Below, in pieces: positions 13,557 to 24,899 of a stretch of DNA of 56,501 nt (positions are counted from its first letter, which is position 1; every line of letters starts with the position of its first letter). Source of the DNA: Nemertoderma westbladi. Taxonomy: Eukaryota; Animalia; Xenacoelomorpha. Under the pieces are notes generated by a model. The model searched no databases and was not told the origin of the DNA. It saw only the letters and a list, made by a program, of their open reading frames with translations. Made by a program: the position numbers and the translations under genes. The stretch covers positions 1 to 56,501 of the forward strand of contig JAUCBJ010007582.1 in NCBI GenBank assembly GCA_032718475.1, written 5' to 3'.

Positions 13557-16436
13557 GGGGTACCAGATGGGTAAAATGGGCCACCCCTGGGGTAAAATGG
13601 GCCTTGTTAGGTTGTCTTCATTTACTCTCACTATAACATGTAAAAGGTTGTAAAAACATGTCACATGTTCCTATATCACCACCAGCATTGCAAATTTGAA
13701 TTAATGAAATATAAATGAAATGGAGGGAAATTTAAAAACAATATCAGTCTAGTTTTAGCAGCATGTCTGTCTATGAACGCTACTCTACATACTGGTCCGC
13801 GGTCCGTACTACTAAACATGCATTTGGTTAGGCCTGTGGTTAGGCTATGCTGAATTTGTACAGGTAGCTGATAAAATTAATTTGTTACTGTAGTTTGTTA
13901 AAACAAACTCTTGTAAAAATATGCCTCGGACATATAAGAAAAAGGATACCAGTAAATCTTACTCATAAGATGATCTAAAAAAAGCGCTTTGCGAAATTGA
14001 AAAAGGGTCAATATCAATAAATACTGCCAGTAAAACATATAAGGTTCCAAGAACGACATTGCAGCGATGGATAGGAACAAAGTGGGTTAAAAAGCCACAG
14101 CGGTTTGGCAGTGGAAGGTATCCCGAATTTACGGAGGAAGAGGAAGGTTACCTCGTTGTTGCCATTCAATATTGTGGTGACTTTGGCTGGCCTATGGATG
14201 GTCAAAGTATCAAAGTAGCTGTAAATTCTTATCTCCAAACTACTGGAAGGACAGGTGTGTTTCGTAATGATACCCCAGGAGATGACTGGCTTCGGGGTTT
14301 CCATGAACGTTGGAAAGATCACTTTGGGATTAGAAAAGCGGAGGCTGTAACTGTGGCTCGTGCTAAGGGCCTTTTGCAGGATGTAGTAGATGCTTTCTTC
14401 AAACTTGTTGAAGAGACATATAAGGAGTTAGGCATTGATCCTAGAAATATGCCGGAACGCGTCTGGAATTTAGATGAAACTGGTTTAGGAACAGATCCAT
14501 CAAAAAAAAACATGTTCTATAGAAGAAAAGTGAAAAGTAGTAATTACTTGCAACCAACAGAAGGCAAAGCCATGTTCACCGTGTTGTTTTGTTGTAGTGC
14601 AAATGGTAGATATATTCTGTGCAATGTTATATTCAAGGGCCTTAACTTGTGGAACACCTGGGTGGAGAATGGTCCTTCCGAGTGCTGCTATAACTGTACT
14701 GAATCTGGGTGGATGGAGGAGTTTCAATTTGAGAGGTACTTTATTGATATGTTTATACCAGCTGTGGCTGACATCCCCAAGCCTCTGGTACTGTTTTACG
14801 ATGGCCACGGGTCTCACCTGACGTATAACACAGCTATAAAAGCTAAAGATAACAAAATACATATAATTTGCCTACCTCCTCATACATCGCATGCACTCCA
14901 ACCACTTGATGTCGGGGTGTTTGGTCCAGCCAAAACCCAGTGGAAACGGCTTCTAAGTGAATTCTATCGGGAAAGTAGACAAACATCCTTAAAGAAACCA
15001 GGCTTTCCTCCTATGCTTAAGAAGCCAATCGCATGGGCATTCAACCCTGAACATGCTGTAGCTGAATTCCGAAAGAGCGGCTTATATCCACTGAGTAAAG
15101 AAGAAGTACCTCAGAGTAAGATAATGATTAGCGAACCGGTGATAGAACCAAATCCAAATGAATCCAATGATGTAGTTCAGTTGACACCAAGAAAGGCTAT
15201 GAGGGAAGCTATTATTTCTGCTATACGCCCTGTACCAAGCCCAGCAACAACTCAAGCCCTGATTAACATGAAGAGGAAACGTACTAGGGTCCAAAAATCC
15301 CATGGTGAGGTTTTAACCTCAGCAGAAAGTATAAAACGACTGGAGAAAGAATCAGAGCAACGTAAACAGAAGAAGTTGAAGAAATCACAGCAACAGTCAA
15401 AGAAATCCAAGGCGGCCAAGGTACCTCCACTGACCACGAACAGTACTGGTACTAGAAATGACGAAATACTAGTTCCGGCTGTAGAACAGAGCCTTCCTTT
15501 AGAAGGACCCGCAATCAATCCTCTTTTATTTGATGAACTCAAAGTTAATGACTGGATTGTTGTCTACTACGCACGAAAACGATATCTTGGTGTGGTGCGG
15601 AAAATTGAAGTAGAGGATGCGATAACTGCCAGTTTCATGCAGTTTACACCGAAATCGTCAACACAGTTGCAGGGTCGTATATTTGTGCACCCTGAACGCG
15701 AGGATATTGCTGTCTGTAAATACAATGATATTGTTGGTAAAGTGTCGCCTCCTATAGATGTTACTCGTCGGGGTGGTTTAATGTTTCACAGAAACCTCAA
15801 TGCGCATACATGGTAACTACTACTAACTAACTGTAATCAGACGAATCCCATTCTATGAATGTGAACTACTAAATGACTGAACGATATATATAAATAAATG
15901 CAATAGCACTATGCAATGTGTTCATATTAATATAATATACTCAATAATATTTCATCAATAGTTACGACAAACTTAGGATGTGCCTTCTAATTTTATCCCT
16001 TTATACTTCCTACCGCTACCAGGACAGTATGAACTATGCAATATTCTTATGTGTTAATTTCTATTATTTCTGAAATGTAATAGTTATATATTATAAAAGC
16101 AATTTGTACTATAATCATTCAGTCATTGCATATATATATCTAGGGCCAATTTTTTAAAACAAACAATTGTAGGCCCATTTTACCCCAGTAGAGGGGAAAT
16201 GGCACTAGCTAGCCCATTTTACTCCCTGGGGTAAAATGGGCCACCACCAAAACAACCCACCAAAACAACATTAAAAAAAAATACTTTTTTTTCTCCCTTC
16301 AACTAATGACCTAGCACAAATTGATATGCACAATGACAAAGGCCAAACATCTAATGGAAAGAATTTACAATCAACTGGCACCATTATAAATAAACTTTCG
16401 GTGAAAGATGGATCACGTGTGAAAACTGGCCCATTT
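13557..16436 (+). mobile_element. pogo-superfamily (Fot-like, DD35D) DNA transposon, right end truncated
   Basis: Left end carries repeated GGGTAAAATGGGCC motifs (13569-13603). Inverted copies GGCCCATTTTACCCC occur at ~16172-16242, and a partial right TIR TGGCCCATTT at 16427-16436. The element encloses the transposase. Left boundary approximate. Confidence 0.75.
13921..15816 (+). pseudogene. pogo/Fot-like DDE_1 transposase, disrupted at the N-terminus
   Basis: True start ATG 13921 (MPRTYKKK) is followed by an in-frame TAA and a frameshift inside the psq-type HTH (..KVPRTTLQRW). The remaining ORF 14059-15816 has a CENP-B-type HTH and the motifs WNLDETG, FYDGHGSH and LPPHTSHALQPLD, with 35 residues between the second and third Asp. 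Confidence 0.9.
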
Positions 16437-18614
16437 GAACCGCAATCATCGATTTAGTGGGTGTAGATACCTTCAAAACAAGTGCTAAGCTAGTAGTTCT
16501 TGAGATATCACACAAAAGCTTAAGCCCGGCACAACTCATGAATCGATCAATCAATTGATTGCGCCAAGGACATATTGAAATATTGGCATTACCTTTTTGT
16601 AGGTCTACCTCCCTGCATCTTATTTCAGTTAATCTCGATTTTAGCATTGTCTAACCATTCAAAGCTATGTTTAGTAAAATAAAATTCATCACAAACCCAT
16701 GGGAAATGCTTGCACAAGCATCACTAATTTGTGCCTAAGCGCCATTTGGTACGATATCAATAATTGGCCACAAAACTTAACTTTTGGTTAATTATATCTA
16801 TGAACTGTTCGTTTAATTTGATTTTGACTGATTTTAAGGTGCAGAATCCAAAAATCTCATCTGATTTGAATTTTAAAATGATATAGTGCATTATATACAA
16901 CAATACCATACTGTACTTCAAAGCATATTAAAATGATTGATAGATACAGAGATATGTGCATCCAGCGACCATAAGAGTACTAATATATGGGAAGAAGCTT
17001 TGAACATATGCATTATACATAATTAGACAATGCTGATTCCAAATCTGATTTCAGATTTGCCCTACCCCATCAAGTTTTCTCACAATTACCAATTTGAATT
17101 CAAAAAACTTATCGCAAACGACTATGATGAGTGATGTAGATTCAAATGAGAATCAGATATGCTCAAAATCAATCTAAAACATTGAAAGGAGCTTTGTTTA
17201 TATGAATTATATATAATTAAAACAATGCTGATTCTAAATCTGCTTTCATATTTGCCATAGCATATCAAGTTATTTTCAAAATTACCAATTTAAGTTCAAA
17301 TTACTTATCGCGAACAACTGTAAGGAGAGAAGTTGATTCAAAAATAATCAAATATGCTCAAAATCAATCTACAACATTGAATGGAGCTTTGTTCATATTA
17401 ATTATATATAATTAAACAATGGTGATTCCAAATCTGCTTTCAGATTTGCCATGCTGCCATAGCATATCAAGTTTTTTCACAATTGCCAATTTGAGTTCAA
17501 ATTACTTATCGCGAACAACTGTGATGAGTGAAGTAGATTCAATAATAATCAAATATGCTCCAAATCAATATAAAACATGAAAAAGAGCTTTGTTAATTTT
17601 GAGTTATATATTAAACAATGCAATCTATATGGTGAATCGGCTATCAGATTTACCATAGCATATGTTGTAGATTGATTTGGGGGTGTATTTTATTCTTATT
17701 GAATCTACTTTCACTCATAATAATTGTTTGCGATAAGTAATTTGAACTTAAATTGGCAATTGTAAAAAAAACTTGATATCCTATGGCAGTATGGCAAATA
17801 TGAAAGCAGATTTGGAATCAGCATTGTTTAAAAATATATAATTCATATAAACAAAACTCCATTCAATGTTTTGGATTGATTTTGAGCATATTTGATTCTC
17901 ATTTGAATCTACGCCACTCATCACAGTCGTTTGCAATAAGTTTTTGAACTCAAAGTGGCAATTGTGAAAAAACTTGATGTGGTAGGGCAAATCTGAAATC
18001 AGATTTGGAATCAGCATTGCCTAATTATGTATAATACATATGTGCAAAGCTTCTTCCCATATATTAGTTCTCTTTTGGTCGCTGGATGCACATATCTCTG
18101 CATCTATCAATCCTTATCTTAAAATGCTTTGAAGTACAGTATAGTATTGTTGTATATCATGCACCATATCATTTTAAAATACAAATCTGATGCGATTTTT
18201 GGGTTCTGCACCTTAAAATCAGTCAAAATCAAATTAAACGAACAGTTCCTAGATATAATTAACCAAAAGTTATGTTTTGTGGCCGATTATTGATATCCAA
18301 ATGGCGCTTAGGCACAAATTAGTGATGCTTGTGCAAGCATTTCCCATGGGGTTGTGAATAATTTTTTTTTACTAAACATAGGTTTGAATGGTTATACAAT
18401 GCTAAAATCGAGATTAACTGAAATAAGATGCAGAGGAGGTAGACCTACAAAATGTTAATGCCAATATTTCAATATGTCCTTGGCGCAATCAATTGATTGA
18501 TCGATTCATGAGTTGTGCCGGGCTTAAGCTTTTGTGTGATATCTCAAGAACTACTAGCTTAGCACTTGTTTTGAAGGTATCTACACCCACTAAATCGATG
18601 ATTGCGGTTCAAAT
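16433..18614. mobile_element. 2.2-kb foldback (long inverted repeat) non-autonomous element
   Basis: atttgaaccgcaatcatcgatttagtggg... at 16433 is mirrored by ...cccactaaatcgatgattgcggttcaaat ending 18614. Arms match over ~900 bp, and the centre is built of ~190-bp tandem subrepeats (acaatgctgattccaaatctg at ~17027, 17222, 17416). No ORF. Confidence 0.9.
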
Positions 18615-18863
18615 AAGCCTAAAATTAACTCTGTACGACCAACAGAAGCCTTCATATCAGCAAACTCTATTATATTCTTCGCGCGCGATCAATTGGTGAC
18701 AAGACACCCAACTTCAGTGTGTTTGAGCTACCTCTAATATTTGATGTACATGCTTAAAATTTCGTATGTCATATTTTTTGACGAAATGGAAACATTTGAG
18801 GGGGTCAGAGATGATAAATTCCAACCTTTCAAAATAAGGACCACCCTAGTGTTGAGTATAAAG

Positions 18864-20084
18864 CAAGGACTACTATACTACAGGACTGGCATACTGCTGT
18901 ACTGCCTGATCCGACTTCGCCAGCGAAGTCCATTCATTTCATACTGCAGTACTCAGGTCTTCCGGTATTGCTCTAAGCTGTACTGCTACCGTAGAATGAT
19001 TTATTATACCAGTATACTTACTGACTTAACCTACAAACAGACAGATAGACACTAGACAGTTTACTGAAAGTTCGCGCAGTGAAACTTCCTCCTGTCGGTG
19101 TCGAACGAGATCAGTGGATCGCCGCGCTACCACGACGCAGCGCAGGCAGGTGACGGCTCTCCGTTTAAGTTTTGGAAGCACTACCTCATTTGTATTCAAC
19201 ATTCTGACATTGCACATTGGCCAGAGTGTCCCGCGCAGCCGCGGGAATTCCGCACAAGAAAGTCCCTGGCGGTTTCTTGCGACCAACAATACCTCCATTC
19301 TACTTCCCTTATCGTGTGTTCCACCGCGATCCCCACTCTGCCACTCCACGAGAACTCCCTCCCATTGAGGATTGAGGAACGCCAACTTCAGTTGCTCAAT
19401 GAGCGAGATTTAATTGGGGGCTTTTTGCAGCTGACTGAATCCGTTGTTTCTACGTGGCGAAAGGGAATCGCAGGATACGGTCGCGATACTGACATTTTTG
19501 TGAAGCGATGGGAGTTCCAAGTAGCCTATTGCTTTTCTTATTCCATAACGTCGAATATACAGGTTTCACTTTTGTCAAAGAAGCAACTTACGTTGCAGGA
19601 TTCCTGCCCTGGTAAAGGTAATCCCAGAGTTAGACATCACAGGTGATACTTTAGAGGAGGATAATATATTTATTTATCCAAGCCCTAACTCGTGGTGGAT
19701 TACAACTTGCTCCTCATGCCTCATCACCTCTTATGATGGACCATGGCGTCGGCTGCGTGGGTGGATGCCCACGCAGCATAACACTACCTAAACACGGTAC
19801 GGTACTATCTAAACACGGTCGTTCTAGACTATATTGAATAGTTAGTACACAAACACAACACTCGTCGTCCCCTTTGTTACAAGCCTCGCTGCGCTCGTCC
19901 TTTATTTCCTGACACAAAAATTTATTATGTTACTAATAATTACGAGTGTGTACTAAATTTCATACAAATCCTTTGATAACAATGTCTATAACAGTATAAA
20001 GCAATACCAAACCAATGGACTTCGCTCAGTCGCTAGCGAAGTCGGATGAAGGGGTGTGCCAGTCCTGTAGTATAGTAGTCCTTG
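18864..20084. mobile_element. Non-autonomous P-element-like (or hAT) transposon, 1.22 kb
   Basis: TIRs caaggactactatactacaggactggca / tgccagtcctgtagtatagtagtccttg and an exact 8-bp TSD GTATAAAG (18856-18863, 20085-20092). CAAGG termini with an 8-bp TSD fit the P superfamily. Confidence 0.85.
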
Positions 20085-21177
20085 GTATAAAGTGATTAAC
20101 ATCAGAACATTGTTTATTACTGTATTAATCCTTTATTACTGTAACTGTATTACACCCATATTATACACATATTGTACAGTTGTATTCATAGGCCTGACAG
20201 ACTGACAGAGTGACAGTCCACGACAGTCGGTGATATAGGCGATTTTGGACTTGATCCAATTTTGGAATAGCTAAGTCTGTAAGTCAAAATTGGACTTCCA
20301 TTCCGGTTAAAAAAGGCTGAAAGCGAAAGGGTCGACAGGTCGAGATAATATTGGAAAAAAATGTTCTACGTTTTTTCCCATGTAATACGTAATTCTGTAA
20401 TTTTATTCGATTAAAGTGATAGGCCTAGGCCTTTCGCTCCTGACAGCCTGATTACGTTCGGTCAGTCACCCTTCTGCCCTTCAATCGAATAGGCCTATTC
20501 GGCTGTTCGGTTCCGGTTCTATCAGTCTATATTCGGTCGAATATGATCAGATGATGGCATATTCGGTTTTGGTTCAGTTCGGCAAATTCAGAAATTTATC
20601 AACCGAATACCGAACTGCCGAATATATAAGCAAAGCATCACCTTACAGTGCTTACACCTTATACTGTAACTGTAACATCACCAACATAACATGCAGTGCA
20701 GACAGGCAGACATGCCTTGCAGCCTAGCCCAGTAGCCCTAGTAGTGAGATATTCACACTCACTACTGCCTGTACTGCTGTACTCAGGTACTGGACTGGCA
20801 GACCGGACTACACCTGCTGACCTGTACACTGTAAGCCTTACAGTCCCTAAAAGGTGCCACCATGCTCCATAGCGCGGGAAATTCAAATGATTGAAAGACA
20901 TGTAATTTGTACTGGAAAGGGTGGCAGATCAGATCTGCCACCTATATTTTGGCGGTAAATTCAAATCGGTTTTAACATTGAATACATGAATAGAGTAAGA
21001 CTAATGTAATTCATTGAATCAGAATAAATTATTTCTTATCGGTTTAACTCACTCATCCGTTGTTGTTGTTGTTTTATCTATTCTGGGACTTCGAGCAGCA
21101 CGTGAACAACTAAACCAGCACGTTAACTAGTCTGGGGCTTAGAGCAGCACGTGAACAACTAAACTGGCTGGTTACCT

Positions 21178-24100
21178 ATCGTCACCTTCAAGGCAGAACC
21201 CCCTAAGTCGATTTTTGTAGTTCTGAGATAATCGATAAAAACTGTTTATTTTTTAGAGAGATGCCTCAGTTTACTTGTTATTGTGTTTTTTGATAACTAA
21301 ATATATATAGAATTCATATAATTAAACTTTCAATATGATTTAGAATTACCTTTGAAATATATTGCGGTTTTTTTGTAAAAATTCTGACTTATGGTGTTTT
21401 GCCAAAACAAAGGGGAACACCGTTTTCTGGTATTATCCCGTAACTATACGATAGTTGCGGGGTATTGCCTAGAAAACAAGGTATCCTCAATTTGGCAAAA
21501 CACCATAAGTACGAATTTTTACAAAAAACACGCAAAATATATCAAATAATAGCCAAGGCGTATCGTACGTCCTTAATAATTTAGTGCGTAGTGCGCACGT
21601 AATACATGTGCGCATTTGTTATTAGCTAATACGTGCTATCTAACATGTTAACTAGCACATGATCAGGTGTTAGTATTACCTGTAAACGCAATAATAACAA
21701 ATAATCACATACAATATAGCTAACACACTTGCGCACATGTTGGAAATTTTTGAATTCAAAATCAAAGGGCTCCATAAGTTTTTGATATTTTGGTATTAAT
21801 TGCTTCTAAAATAAGTACGGGACTGTAGTTAGAATCATGTATCAATACAAATTGAACAAAATGTAGCCAAATGCAGAACTATAAGAACAAAATTTAGATT
21901 CAAGAAAGCGGAACTCTAAGTACAAAATATAGCCATGGGTGGTACTCTACAGTAAGAACAAAGTCTAGCTACAGGGTTACAGCTACGTTAAAGTAAAGTT
22001 CACTTACAGTACGTCATGACGAATAATTAAAGACCTGTTTTTTCTACAGTACGTGGCAACATTTTGAGCAACTCTATCAGCAACTTAGTGAGCATGTCAG
22101 GTTGCCGATCAAGTTGCTCTATGTAAACGCGAAGTTTGTTGCTGTAAAAGATGCCTCATATAACGGAGACTAAAAGTTAATGTTACTCAAATTAAGTTGC
22201 TTGTTACTGACCAAGTTATCCAAAACGTCCTGAACCCCATAGCAACTTGGAGACAAACATTAAATGAGGGACAGATATTTATCAGCGCCACAAACATAAA
22301 CATTAATGTGGTCACAAACATTAATGAGGTACACAAACATTAATGAGATATACAAACATTAATGAGGGATACAAACATTAATGAGGGATACAAACATTAA
22401 TGAGGGACACAAACATTAATGAAATACACAAACATTAATGAGGGACAAACATTAATCAGGGTGACAAACATTAATGTGGGACATAAACATTGATGTAGGA
22501 CACAAACAATAATGTGGGACATAAACATTGATATAGGACACAAACATTAATGTGGAACACAAACATTAATGAAGAACACAAATATTAATGAGGGACACAA
22601 ACATTAATGAGGGACACAAACATTAATGAGGGACACAAACAATAAACGAGGGACAGATATCAATCAAGGGCACAAACATTAATGAGGGACACAAACATTA
22701 ATGAGGGACACAAACATTAACGAGGGACACAAACATTAATGAGGGACACAACATTAATGAGGGACACAAACATTAATTGAGGGACACTAACATTAATGAG
22801 GTACACAAATATTAATGAGGGACACAAACATTAATGAGCGACACAAACATTAATGAGGGACACAAACAATAAACGAGGGACAGATATCAATCAAGGGCAC
22901 AAACATTAATGAGGGACACAAACATTAATGAGGGACACAAACATTAATGAGGGACACAAACATTAATGAGGGACACAAACATTAATGAGGAACACAAATA
23001 TTAATGAGGGACACAAACATTAATGAGGGACACAACATTAATGAGGGACACAAACATTAATGAGATACACAAACATTAATGAGGGACACAAACATTAATG
23101 AGGGACACAACATTAATGAGGGACACAAACATTAATGAGATACACAAACATTAATGAGGGACACAAACATTAATGAGGGACACAAACATTAATGAGATAC
23201 ACAAACATTAATGAGGGACACAAACAATAAACGAGGGACAGATATCAATCAAGGGCACAAACATTAATCATGGGCACTATCGCCCTTCGCACTTAGTATG
23301 ATTCATGTTACCACTCATACATACATACACACATACAATATATTACAGTATTACAATTCTCATTACTGTCAAGCAATAAAATAACAACAATAAATAATAA
23401 CATATTAATCTGACCAAACCAATAAACTATGTTATTGCCAATTGAAGGAAAGGATCAGGTTACAGAGATGGTTTTTCTAACCAAAACAATAAACGATGTT
23501 GTTACTAAAAAGGGAAGGAGTAGGAGTAAAAAAATGATGAACATGAGGGGGAGACAGGAATGGGGGGGGGGGGGGGGGGGGGGTAACATGAATGGTGGTT
23601 GTAGGAGGTAAATTGAAAATATTAAAAACGAAACTGCGGTACTTTGATCGAAGCTCACGTTCCCATGGTAGTATTTTTTCCAGTTAATCACTTAATATCT
23701 AATCATCTGATGGCAAGCATCACCATCGCTCATATTAATATCCATTGGCAACCATGGACCCCTGCCCTATTAATGTTTTGTGTCCCTCATTAATGTTTGC
23801 GTCCCTCAATAATGTTTGTGTCCCTAATTAATATTTGTGTCCTGGCCGCAATACAAACCAGTATATAAATGATAAATTACGGGGTTTTGCCAGGCTATTG
23901 TTTCTGATTTAAGGGGTTTTACAGGTTGTTATTTCTGATTTAAGGGGTTTTGCCAGGTGGACTGAATTTCCTATACTTGAATTTACGGTGTTTTGCAAGC
24001 CAATTATTGACTTGGGGGGTTCTGCCTCGAAGTGGGCGTAAGTTACGGGGAACTGTCTTTGGCTTATAACTCAAAAATGGCTGGTAGAAAAGCTTCGGGG

Positions 24101-24200
24101 TTCTGCCAGACGAAAAAGCCGATATCGAATTACCCAAAAAGTCAAAAACATGAAAATCGAAAAAAATCGACTTAGGGGGTTCTGCCTTGAAGGTGACGAT
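21178..24200. mobile_element. 3.0-kb non-autonomous TIR element carrying a minisatellite
   Basis: ~39-bp perfect TIR atcgtcaccttcaaggcagaaccccctaagtcgattttt / aaaaatcgacttagggggttctgccttgaaggtgacgat, with subterminal ggggttttgcc-type repeats. Superfamily not assigned. Confidence 0.8.
22253..23268. repeat. 19-bp minisatellite (AAACATTAATGAGGGACAC)n, about 50 copies; ~4 inverted copies at 23768-23842
   Basis: Direct reading of the tandem units. Confidence 0.95.
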
Positions 24201-24730
24201 TAGTAGTTCATAGTAGAGAGGCAGTTAGTTGGGTGATGCCTGCCATTCTAGGTTTGCACCCTTCCACTCCCATCTGTTTCTTGGAGTCTGTATAAGTAGG
24301 TTCGTTTAAAGCCCTCTTGATGGCGTTTTAGTAACGATTTATAAAGTCGATATAGAGACCAATAAATTATGAACTCCTTGACATTGCACTAACCTGAACA
24401 CAGATAGAACAATCAAAGTGTAGTTATCGTAGGTATTTAATTTCGCATTTCATAATGTTGATAATAATATGCTAATTTTTCGAATATCACACTTCGGATC
24501 TTTCTCAACTTTTTTATTCATTAGCTACAGTAGAGAACAATTGATAAATAGTAAGGTTTACAATTTTGCAATAAATGAAAGAGGTTTCAAGCCATTTGGC
24601 GGTTATACATATAATTAAATATACAAAGATTCATCGTTTTTTTGCCAACCTCAGCTTTAGACAAAAACTACCCAGTCTAAAGATAGGTTCGTTACTATCT
24701 ATAACATGCGATTGATTTATTACGTTTTAG

Positions 24731-24899
24731 AAAGACCCGCCACGTCTGTGATAGAAGAATTTATAGCCGATGGAGTTTTACTAAAGGGTCTTTCCCACCC
24801 CAACGTACTCCCGCTGATCGGCGTTTGTGTTCATAAGATTGAAATGCCGCTACTAGTGATGCCATATATGCCCAGTGGAAACCTACGTGTGTACATAAG
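24731..24899 (+). CDS. RYK/MET-like receptor tyrosine kinase, kinase-domain exon A (alphaC to hinge)
   Basis: ttttag| ... AG|gtgagg. Encodes RPATSVIEEFIADGVLLKGLSHPNVLPLIGVC...MPLLVMPYMPSGNLRVYI(R). Confidence 0.9.

Noticed and set aside
19026-19646. ORFs of 84-182 aa inside the P-like element
   Set aside because: No THAP or transposase motifs recognised, and starts are non-ATG.
20871-20965. E2F/CHR-like motifs (gcgcgggaaattcaaa, ttggcggtaaattcaaa) as a promoter
   Set aside because: No adjacent gene start was identified and such motifs are frequent in transposon ends, so this cannot be supported from sequence alone.
22050-22175. Possible upstream kinase exon (tttctacag|...KFVAVKD)
   Set aside because: It lies inside a TIR element, has no Gly-rich loop, and has no phase-compatible donor before the stop; likely chance.
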